DNA of 64,000 nt from contig NIVC01000023.1 of the NCBI GenBank assembly GCA_002269645.1, positions 62,001 through 126,000 of the forward strand, read 5' to 3'. How positions within the stretch are numbered: the first letter of the stretch is position 1; each line of letters starts with the position of its first letter. A program made the translations under genes and the position numbers. Below, one piece after another: positions 20,244-31,179 of the stretch. Origin of the DNA: Macrostomum lignano. Lineage: Eukaryota. The notes below the pieces were generated by a model. It was not told the origin of the DNA, did no database searches, and saw only the letters and a program-made list of their open reading frames with translations.

Positions 20244-21752
20244 CTATTAGCAAATAAAAATATAGGCATTAAGTACATTCATATGCAACTAGAAATATTT
20301 ATATATATGAAAAATTAGTAAAAGTACATAATTGACAGCAATAAGATCATCTTAGAGGATAAGCATTAGTCTTAGGATAGCTCTTAGTGGCAGTTGTTAG
20401 GATATTTACAAAGAACCATAACCCCTGTTACAACTTGGTGACAGCCATGGCATTATTCTAGGAGACAGAATTTACTATTACAATAACTTTGGTGACAATG
20501 GCAGGATTTCTTATTGTATAGGAACCAACACTTACTATAAAACTTGAAAAATGTTTCAATTGCTTGTCGTGTTGTCTTCTTATAGTTGCCTAGTTCTATA
20601 TGGCCTCGGTTATAATTATAGCAGTCAAAACTTGCAACAATGGAATACTATTGTAGGCATAGGCCTATCCATAGTTGCCATAGGCACCTATTTTACCATA
20701 TTTGCTATAAGATCCTATGCCATAGTCTATAGGACTATATACCATAGGATGCACCGACCACCAGTGACCATGCGGGAACATTTTTAGCTGCCACAGAAGT
20801 TACATGCAGCATGCAGTCAGCAGTTATACTATAAGTGTGAGGGCCCATGAGGCATTGCAACAATAAAGGACCTTTTTTGCTGTTGTGACAATAAAGGATC
20901 TTTTGCTATTTGGCACTATATGCACTATATCATGTGGATTCTTTTAGTTCATTTTTAAAAATACAACAATATATCCATTACATTGTTCTACAAGACTAAC
21001 ATTCTAAAACAATGAGTAAACTTCCCAACACCATCAATGTCCTTAGTAAATGCACAAAAACCAGTTCTGAGATCTAACTTTTTGCCTTGCATTTACTGAA
21101 CTCTATAATGGACTTTTTAATAAGTAAACAGTTGAACAAAACAAAGAAAATTTTACTTACTATGTTCTAAATATTTATAAAACAAATTTAAACATACAGA
21201 AAAATACTTCTTTTATTACTAAAAAACACACCTATGTTAACAAGAGCAATAATTCTCTTAATTAGATTCTCTATTTGGATATGATTTATGATTTATAAAC
21301 ACTGCTGCATACTATACACAGTGATAAGCACTGCTAAATTTATTTTTAGCACCACTAATTAGCACTGTTGCTAATTGATAGAAGAAAAAATGAGCAATTG
21401 CTAATAGAGGGTGCTATTTCTACTTTGAATTTAGTGCAATTAGAGCCACTAATTTTGAAGTGCATTAATTATTAAATATATTTAATATAAAAATGCCATT
21501 TCACAAGTATTTATGCATTTTTGCACATTTTTAACTCACACGTTTTAAATGAATAAGCTAATAATGCTATTGCTAATAATTTGTTTCTATTATCAATCCT
21601 AATAAAAAATTATCTAGCCGCTGAACTGTCAGTGCAACAGTTGGTAGAAAGAGTTCTTCAATTACAATCCTGTTTGCCTAGAAAAATGTCAAAGGCCCTT
21701 GCTACAAATATTTATAGCTAGAGTTACCCACACAGGAATTTTCACCAAAAAA

Positions 21753-23293
21753 GCCACACTCAGGAAGGTGTCACGTGAGCGTGGGAATATATTTCAGCGT
21801 ATTTTTGGAGTGTGCGCTGTGCACGAAGCTAAAATATGAATTTTTGCGCCGAGGTCTACATTTGTTTATTGACAGATACATGGCTAGAGTACTAATGCGC
21901 CATAGCACTAAAAACTCGGTAAAAGTCCAATTAAAACAAAACTAAAAAAACGGATAAATTTTTGTACATTATGTAGGCTTTTTTTCAACTCAAAACTTTT
22001 GCTTTATTTTAGCTTACATAGAGAATTTTCAAAAGAAATAGCTCTAACTTTACGTTAAAATCCAATTTTGAATTTTATTATTTGTTTTACTTACCAAGAA
22101 ACAATTTTTTATTGATATTGTGGTAGGCGCGGGCATGGCCTCCCATTGCGCCTAATCCACCGGCTAGATGACTCAATGAACCATCATTCCCAGCGTGTAA
22201 ATCTGTGACACTCAATGTAACTTTTCTTCCCACCCCCTGGCAAAGTTTTGTTTTTCCGTGCTTTTCCCTGGGGTCCACCCAGTGCTATTTTCGTCACCAC
22301 CCGGTGTACCCGATCTTTTCCTTTGCATGTAACTCTCTTCCTACCCAGGGTAACCCGCTTCCTCCCGGTGGTTCCTAAGAGCCTAATTTAAGAGTCTGCA
22401 CCCCGCTTTTCCCAGCCAGACTCTCGTGGCCTTTGCCTGAACTCCTGAGGATTCCAGTAGACCCTACTCAGACCATTACGAGAGGCCCCATATTTTGTAA
22501 GCCTAACCTCCCGACCCGACCAGCTCCTTGCCTTTTCAATTTAACAGTTTGACAGCAACATCTAAGTTTTAATCATTGCTTATAGTGTGTGCAACCTAAG
22601 TTTTAATAATAATCTAGTTATTTAGCTTTGGCCATTATTTATTCTTGGCCTGACTTTATTGTGTGTGAAATGGTGTCTTAGCCTTCATGACCTCGGAAGC
22701 ACTCTATTTATCCTTAGAGGTCTTCTGAGAAGCGCTAGAGCGAACTCAAGCCAGTTTTAAGCTTTAGAGCTTTCCCGCGTACAATTGCGGTGGTGGCAGC
22801 AACCTACTACTTTTAGTAATCACTCTCAACAAATTAGCTTATTTTGAAGAGCCCCCTATTCGGCTACAAATCTCTGCATTCAGCATTCTGAATGTCGGCA
22901 AACTAGACCACTCAGCCACGACCACAGCTACCTTCCCCACCATCTGCAAGCCAAAATCTTTGTTAAGTTTTGTTGGAAACAACAAAGTGCACCAATTTGA
23001 ATGGCTGGAACGACCGAATCAAAACCCCCACGGCTTCAAAGTTTCTTTTTTCAAACCCCCTGACCTCAATATGCTTGGAAAAAACATAATCTTAAAGCAT
23101 AATTTACGCACTGCATATGCAGATTATACATTTAGGTGACTCAATGTGAGCTAAATTTTTCTAATCAGGTTTTGCTGTGCGCCACTATGCGTTAAAAACT
23201 TCTGCTAAGCCTTTGTTGTGCGCCGTGTGCGCCACTTCGCGCGTATTTTTTGTTGATATGCGCCGGAATTTTGTACACCTTCCTGAGTGTGGC
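21753..23293. mobile_element. Non-autonomous TIR DNA element, superfamily unassigned
   Basis: 19 bp perfect TIR GCCACACTCAGGAAGGTGT...ACACCTTCCTGAGTGTGGC, A6 on both flanks, TGCGCC subterminal motifs at both ends; no long ORF. Confidence 0.85.
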
Positions 23294-24498
23294 AAAAAAG
23301 GATATCTATAATACTATGGATCCTCTAGCCCAAGCCTAGCCATAGGTACTAAAATAAAAAGCTACTTAGAAAGCAAATTCTATTATAGCATACAATAGTA
23401 TACAATCCTGACATTTTCCTATAAGTCTAGTCAATTAAAAGGTCTATTTTGGAAACTATAGGCCTATAACCTTTGCTACCAACAAAGGTTAAGTAGGCTT
23501 AAATGAGAATTCTAATTTATTTAAAGATTTAATGCACTACTATTTTAGGATTAAATAGTTAAAAAAAATTATATACTATAAAAATGATTAAATTTATTAT
23601 CCACTTACCAATTGTGCGAAAATCTGTCATTATTTTGAAATAAAGTTGATCTAATGACAATGTTTCTATTTAAAATTTGATCTACTACACCAGCTACCTT
23701 ATGTCATATGAGGAAACACATAAACAAAATATTCATATATTCTCAGTACACTGTATTGTCTGTACACCTTGGCATTGGCTAGTTGACTTGTGAGAATGTG
23801 AGCGTGTGCCTAGGCCCTACCCTACCTTGAAGTCTTGAACCTATAATAATAAAATAATATGTATCTAACCGAAACGACAGGCTAGTAAACACAACAAAAG
23901 GCTCAGCAGGCTCAGTTAAAATTTTACGCAATATAAAACCTCAGAACTAGTTATATATTTTTAGGACATGTATCTGGCCACACGGATTACTGGAGTAATG
24001 GAGTCGGAACGGAGCTACCGCTGTTAAAAATAAAATTGTTTTCTTAGAAACTAATGTAATTTTAAAATAGACCTACCTAAGGCTAATAGTTATAATAACA
24101 ACTTTTAAAAATAAAAAAGGATTTTTTCGCAAACGTAATAAACTACTAATAATAAAAATAATAAAAAAATAAATTATTATTATCTTGTAGTAGTTTAATC
24201 TAGTGGAATGATTACCTAAAAATTTATAAAATTGTAATTCATATAGGTCTTCACGATTGTGTGCAGACTTGACAAAAGCACATCTATTACATTTAAACAG
24301 TAATAAAATAAAACTAAAGGGCAAGCCCCAGGCTCTATTTGTACATGGTTCTAGGCCTATAACTGAACTATTGGCCTTGTTTTTTTATAGTATCCATTTA
24401 CATTGACTGTTAGTGTCAGTGTCAGGCTACTGGCCTTAAGTTAGGTCATAAAGCGAATTAGACCTAGACAGACTAGACATTCTTTGTGAATTTTGACC

Positions 24499-27400
24499 AT
24501 GAATACATCTGCTGAGGAAGCACATCTAAAAGATGTAGAAAGTTATCTTGAAAAACATGGTGTTCAAAAAGTTCTTAAAGAGTGCATTGTTCAGCTTTGC
24601 ACAGTTCAACCAGATAATCCTTTTGAATATATCAAGGAGTATTTTGATAAAGTAGACAAGGTAAAAAATAATAGACATCTTTTTAAATGATTCATATTTT
24701 TTATTCTATTCCCTTTCAAATACGAATTTAATCTAGTTATAATTTTTCATATAAATAAACAGTTTTTAATTTGAAATATTTATTTTTTAATAATATTTTA
24801 GGATCGTATCCTTATGCCAGACCAATTTGCAACGATTGGTGCCGGCAGTGAATCATTGGCTAGTTCAGCACTTGCCACTGGGACTTCAAGAGCTTTAGCT
24901 TCTACAGCTGGTGCAGTTTTGCCAATGCCTGGCACTGAAGGTGATGTTGATTATGACAGTGAGACAATGCTGCCACCCATGCCAGCAGCAGCGGCAGCAC
25001 CGCAGTCTCAGAAACAGCGCACTAGAAGGGGCGCAGTTAGTGGCGAAGTTTACACAGAGGAAGATGCCGCTAGCTATGTCAAAAAGGTGCAGTAGTTCTC
25101 TTGAGACAGTTTGAAAAAATATTGCAAATATTGCCAAGATAGTTTTATGTTGAAATTTGTTTATACAATTGTTTTTATTAACTTCAGGTGGTGCCAAAGG
25201 ACTATAAAACAATGGGCGCTCTGTCCAAGGCAATTACTAAAAATGTTCTGTTTTCGCATTTGGATGAAAATGAACGCAGGTAAGTTTGATTATAGCTAAT
25301 TTAAATGGAATGACACTACCTTTTTCTCCAGAAATAGTTGTAGTACAATTCAATGATGACCCCTATTTCTTAGAGCACCTGCTTTTTATTAATCAATGAA
25401 ATTTGCAATAGCATAGACTCTTTAAAGGGTTGGCTTTTCTTGTATAGCCTTGGCATTGTTAATGGTATCTGTTTCTTGGAATGGTGGCAATTTTTATGTA
25501 AATATAATTAACAATGGCACCTGTTTCTTAGAATGGCAGCAGTTTTCATGTAGATATAATTAACAATGGCACCTGTTTCTTAGAATGGTGGCTGTTTTCA
25601 TGTAGATATAATTAACAATGGCACCTGTTTCTTAGAATGGTGGCAGTTTTCATGTAGATATAATTAACAATGGCACCTGTTTCTTAGAATGGAACAATGG
25701 CACCTGTTTCTTAGAATGGCAGCACTTTTCATAGATATATTAACAATGGTACCTGTTTCTTAGAATGGCAGCAGTTTTCATGTAGATATAATTAACAATG
25801 GCAACCTGTTTCTTAGAATGGTGGCAGTTTTCATGTAGATATAATTAACAATGGCACCTGTTTCTTAGAATGGAACAATGGCACCTGTTTCTTAGAATGG
25901 CAGCACTTTTCATAGATATATTAACAATGGTACCTGTTTCTTAGAATGGCAGCAGTTTTCATGTAGATATAATTAACAATGGCACCTGTTTCTTAGAATG
26001 GTGGCAGTTTTCATGTAGATATAATTAACAATGGCACCTGTTTCTTAGAATGGTGGCAGTTTTCATGTAGATATAATTAACAATGGCACCTGTTTCTTAG
26101 AATGGTGGCAGTTTTCATGTAGATATAATTAACAATGGCACCTGTTTCTTAGAATGGTGGCAGTTTTCATGTAGATATAATTAACAATGGCACCTGTTTC
26201 TTAGAATGGTGGCAGTTTTCATGTAGATATAATTAACAATGGCACCTGTTTCTTAGAATGGTGGCAGTTTTCATGTAGATATAATTAACAATGGCACCTG
26301 TTTCTTAGAATGGTGGCAGTTTTCATGTAGATATAATTAACAATGGCACCTGTTTCTTAGAATGGTGGCAGTTTTCATGTAGATATAATTAACAATGGCA
26401 CCTGTTTCTTAGAATGGCGTCAGTTTTCATGTATCTGTAATTAAAGATGGCAGCCTGGTTCTTCTCGTAGAATTCACCTGTAGCAACTAGGAATCGCGTA
26501 TCCTGTATGTAATAATAATCCCTGGAAAAATCACCTTCTCAGCGACATATTCGACGCCATGTTCCCGCTGCATCGCAATGCCGACGAAGTAATAATTGAA
26601 CAGGGCGCCGAGGGCGACAATTTCTACATACTTGACCAAGGCGAGGTTGACATATTTGTCAATGGCGATTACATTAGCACAGTTAGCGAAGGCGGCAGTT
26701 TCGGCGAATTGGCGCTGATCTACGGCACACCTAGGGCGGCCACTGTTAAAGCTAAAACTGAGGTTAAACTCTGGGGCATCGATCGCGACTCGTACAGGCG
26801 AATCCTGATGGGCAGTACCATTAGGAAGCGGAAGATGTACGAGGAGTTTCTCAGTAAAGTGCCTATACTGGAGAATTTGGACCTGTGGGAGCGGCTTACT
26901 GTGGCCGACGCTTTGGAGAATGTGACTTTTGAGGATCAAAAAATAGTTGTACGACAGGGCGAAGCTGGCGAAGATTTCTTCATTATACTCGAGGTGAGAC
27001 AGGGTGAATCCTGTTTTTTGGTTTCCTTAAAAGTCTATCTATTGATTTCCATCATAGCATGTTTTGCTAAAGCCCTTTGAAGTCTCTTTGATGCTCTAAG
27101 AACCCTGTCTTTGTTGCCCTAAGAACCATGTCTTTGTTGCCCTAAGAACCATGTCTTTGTTGCCCTAAGAACCCTGTCTTTGTTGCCCTAAGAACCATGT
27201 CTTTGTTGCCCTAAGAACCCTGTCTTTGTTGTCCCTAAGAACCCTGTCTTTGTTGACCTATGAACCCTGTCTTCGATACCTTAAGAAACCGGTCTTTCCA
27301 TTTTGACACCGTTATATAAATTTGTTTTGACATATCTTAAACACCTGTTTGAATTATAAAAAACTTTAAGTAGTTTGGTAATACCTCTTAAATCCTTTGT

Positions 27401-28428
27401 AGACCAAAATAAATTTATCGATTTATGTTCAATTCCACAGGGCGTCGCTTCAGTTTTGCAGAAACCATCCGAAAATGACGAAGCTGTAGAAGTTGGCAGG
27501 CTAGGTCCGTCTGACTACTTTGGTAAGTAGTAAGGATCGGATTATTAGTAAAAGGGAGAATTCTCAGATACTGGACTACTGTCAGTTAACAGTGTGTCAG
27601 CTGTCATTGCTAGACACTGGACTAACTGTGTCAGTTAACAGTGTGTCAGCTGTCATTGTCAGATACTGGACTAACTGTGTCAGTTAAAAGTGTGTCAGCT
27701 GTCATTGTCAGACACTGGACTAACTGTGTCAGTTAACAATGTGTCAGCTGTCATTGTCAGACACTGGACTAACTGTGTCAGTTAACAATGTATCAGCTGT
27801 CACTGCTAGACACTGGACTAACTGTGTCAGTTAACAATGTGTCAGCTGTCATTGTCAGACACTGGACTAACTGTGTCAGTTACCAATGTATCAGCTGTCA
27901 TTGCTAGACACTGGACTAACTGTGTCAGTTAACAATGTGTCAGCTGTCATTGTCAGACACTGGACTAACTGTGTCAGTTAACAATGTATCAGCTGTCATT
28001 GCTAAACACTGGACTAACTGTGTCAGTTAACAATGTGTCAGATGTCATTGTCAGACACTGGACTAACTGTGTCAGTTACCAATGTATCAGCTGTCATTGC
28101 TAGACACTGGACTAACTGTGTCAGTTAACAATGTATCAGCTGTCATTGCTAGAATTAACTGTATCACTGTTAGCAAGATGAGAACCAGCTACAAGTAAAC
28201 CAGAATCGTGTGTAGCAGTGTATTAATCAAAAATCCTTTATCAAAATGTATCAAGGCGAAATCGCCCTGCTGCTTGACCGGCCGAGGGCGGCCACCGTGA
28301 TCGCTCGTGGCCCGTTGAAATGCGTGAAGCTGGATAGAAAACGGTTCGAACGAGTGATGGGACCCTGCGGCGATATTCTGAAGCGGAATATAGCCAAGTA
28401 CAACTCTTACATACTGCTGACCGTGTGA
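24499..28428 (+). CDS. PRKAR1: cAMP-dependent protein kinase type I regulatory subunit, complete 6-exon CDS
   Basis: Exons 24499-24660, 24802-25086, 25188-25279, 26543-26993, 27441-27522, 28256-28428, all phase-consistent. D/D domain ([20 protein letters not shown]), pseudosubstrate RRGAVS (type I), and two cNMP domains with [15 protein letters not shown] and [15 protein letters not shown]. Confidence 0.97.
25505..26435. repeat. 52 bp minisatellite ACAATGGCACCTGTTTCTTAGAATGGTGGCAGTTTTCATGTAGATATAATTA, PKA-RI intron 3
   Basis: 52 bp period checked (25981 to 26033). Confidence 0.96.
27095..27275. repeat. 23 bp minisatellite CCTAAGAACCATGTCTTTGTTGC, PKA-RI intron 4
   Basis: Period 23 (27098, 27121, 27144). 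Confidence 0.92.
27570..28152. repeat. 49 bp minisatellite CACTGGACTAACTGTGTCAGTTAACAATGTGTCAGCTGTCATTGTCAGA, PKA-RI intron 5
   Basis: Period 49 (27713 to 27762). Confidence 0.95.
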
Positions 28429-28565
28429 GCCAGTGATGGCTAAAGAGTTCGTCAAGAAGTACTTCGATTAATTACAAGTTTTTTGTGTGCTTAGTGTCTT
28501 TTAGTTCTTTTTTCAGTGCTATTTTTCAATTTAAACTGCATAAATTAGCTGGGCGATAGAAGCTG

Positions 28566-29417
28566 TAGACGTATCCACTGAAGTTTCAGGGCAAAATGTG
28601 TCCACTGAAGTTTCAGTCAGGGGCAAGATGTTTCCACTGAAGTTTCAGGGGGTAGATGTGTCCACTGAAGTTTCAGGGCGTAGACGTGTCCACTGAAGTT
28701 TCAGGGGGTAGATGTGTCCACTGAAGTTTCAGGGTAGATGTGTCCACTGAAGTTTCAGGGGGTAAATCTGTCCACTGAAGTTTCAGGGGTAGATGTGTCC
28801 ACTGAAGTTTCAGGGGGTAGATGTGTCCACTTAAGTTTCAGGGGTAGATGTGTCCACAGAAGTTTCAGGGGGTAGATGTGTCCACTGAAGTTTCAGGGGG
28901 TAGATGTGTCCACTGAAGTTTCAGGGGGTAGATGTGTCCACTTAAGTTTCAGGGGTAGATGTGTCCACAGAAGTTTCAGGGGGTAGATGTGTCCACTTAA
29001 GTTTCAGGGGTAGATGTGTCCACAGAAGTTTCAGGGGGTAGATGTGTCCACTGAAGTTTCAGGGGGTAAATGTGTCCACTGAAGTTTCAGGGGGTAGATG
29101 TGTCCACTGAAGTTTCAGGGGGTAGATGTGTCCACTGAAGTTTCAGGGGGTAGATGTGTCCACTTAGAGTTCAGAGGCAGATGTGTCCACTTAGGGTTCA
29201 GAGGCAGATGTGTCCATTTAGGGTTCAGAGGCAGATGTGTCCACTTAGAGTTCAGAGGCAGATGTGTCCATTTAGGGTTCAGAGGCAGATGTGTCCATTT
29301 AGGGTTCAGAGGCAGATGTGTCCACTTAGAGTTCAGAGGCAGATGTGTCCATTTAGGGTTTAGAGGCAGATGTGTCCATTTAGGGTTTAGAGGCAGATGT
29401 GTCCACTTAGGGTTCAG
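28566..29417. repeat. 27-28 bp minisatellite downstream of the PKA-RI stop (AGATGTGTCCACTGAAGTTTCAGGGGGT switching to AGATGTGTCCACTTAGGGTTCAGAGGC at about 29150)
   Basis: Direct; AATAAA at 29422-29427 follows the array. Confidence 0.95.
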
Positions 29418-30139
29418 GTTCAATAAACTGTTTCGCGCCGCGTTGTGTCTTGCTGTGCTAAGTTATTTTTCATATTTTCCTGTTTTTTGTAGAAATTCAA
29501 CCCTCATGCTGCTACGAATTACGAATTAAATTTCATAATTGCTTATTGCTGTATATTCGCTTACTATACTACTAATACGCGAAATTTGAACTGGCGCCAT
29601 GATATTATTCGTTCGTATTTTAACAAACAAAATCTTTTGTTTCCCAAAGCGAGGATGGCCAGTGAATTTTTGTGCTTGTAAACAGTTAAATAATTTGCCA
29701 GACCCAATCGAGCTTAAATATTATTAAATATGATTATTGTTCTTGCCTGTCTGCCTAGTTGCCGTGTGAACTTTTCCCTGTTCTTTTTATCAAATTTTTA
29801 ACACCTCGTGATTTAAACTACGCTCGTATTTTGGAGGGTAGTGCAATATTTTTTGTAGCAATTGTTTTGTCTAATATTTTATTTACCTGTCCTAACCTGC
29901 CGTAAACAAATGAATTTATTTAACTTTACCCAGACACTTTTTTATTAGTTCTAGTTTGCGTTATATTGCCGTGTATAAGAAGTGAGAGACTGTTGAAGTT
30001 TCTGCAAAAAACAATCTTTTATTTTCATTCACATTTTTGAACTTTGTTCTTTGTAATTTTTTTAAAATAGAAAATGTTTATGTTTTTATAGCCCTCCCCT
30101 CGAATCTATTTAAGGGGGTTCCTACCATCTCTCTCAGTT

Positions 30140-31092
30140 GACCTCACTGGGTTGCTACCCCTGTTTTTTTTACCTCACTGGGTTGCTACCCCTGATCTAT
30201 GACCTCACTGGGTTGCTACCCCTGTTTTTTTTACCTCACTGGGTTGCTAACCCTGCTCTATGACCTCACTGGGCTTCTACCCCTGCTCTATGACCTCACT
30301 GGGTTGCTACCCCTGCTCTATGACCTCACTGGGTTTCTACCCCTGCTCTATGACCTCACTGGGTTGCTACCCCTGTTTTTTTTACCTCACTGGGTTGCTA
30401 CCCCTGCTCTATGACCTCACTGGGCTTCTACCCCTGCTCTATGACCTCACTGGGTTGCTACCCCTGCTCTATGACCTCACTGGGTTGCTACCCCGTGCTC
30501 TATGACCTCACAGGGTTGCTACCCCGTGCTCTATGACCTCACAGGGTTGCTACCCCCTGCTCTATGACCTCACTGGGTTGCTACCCCGTGCTCTATGACC
30601 TCACAGGGTTGCTACCCCTGTTTTATGACCTCACTGGGTTGCTACCCCGTGCTCTATGACCTCCCTGGGTTGCTACCCCGTGCTCTATGACCTCACAGGG
30701 TTGCTACCCCCTGCTCTATGACCTCACTGGGTTGCTACCCCGTGCTCTATGACCTCACAGGGTTGCTACCCCTGTTTTATGACCTCACTGGGTTGCTACC
30801 CCTGTTTTATGACCTCACTGGGTTGCTACCCCTGTTTTATGACCTCACAGGGTTGCTACCCCTGCTCTATGACCTCACAGGGTTGCTACCCCGTGCTCTA
30901 TGACCTCACAGGGTTGCTACCCCTGTTTTATGACCTCACTGGGTTGCTACCCCTGTTTTATGACCTCACTGGGTTGCTACCCGTGTTTTATGACCTCACA
31001 GGGTTGCTACCCCCTGCTCTATGACCTCACTGGGTTGCTACCCCGTGCTCTATGACCTCACAGGGTTGCTACCCCTTCTCTTTGACCTCACT
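30140..31092. repeat. 30-31 bp minisatellite GACCTCACTGGGTTGCTACCCCTGCTCTAT
   Basis: Direct; ends about 90 bp upstream of the THAP gene ATG. Confidence 0.95.
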
Positions 31093-31179
31093 AAATGGTT
31101 AACCCCACTTAAACTATTCCTGTTCAGAATCTATTGTTAATACTAAGCTGGTTCAGCAAATTAAATTGACGATATAAAA

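Noticed and set aside
29150-29415. Interstitial telomeric repeat (TTAGGG in the units)
   Set aside because: Single hexamers inside a 27 bp unit derived from the adjacent 28 bp unit; no (TTAGGG)n run.
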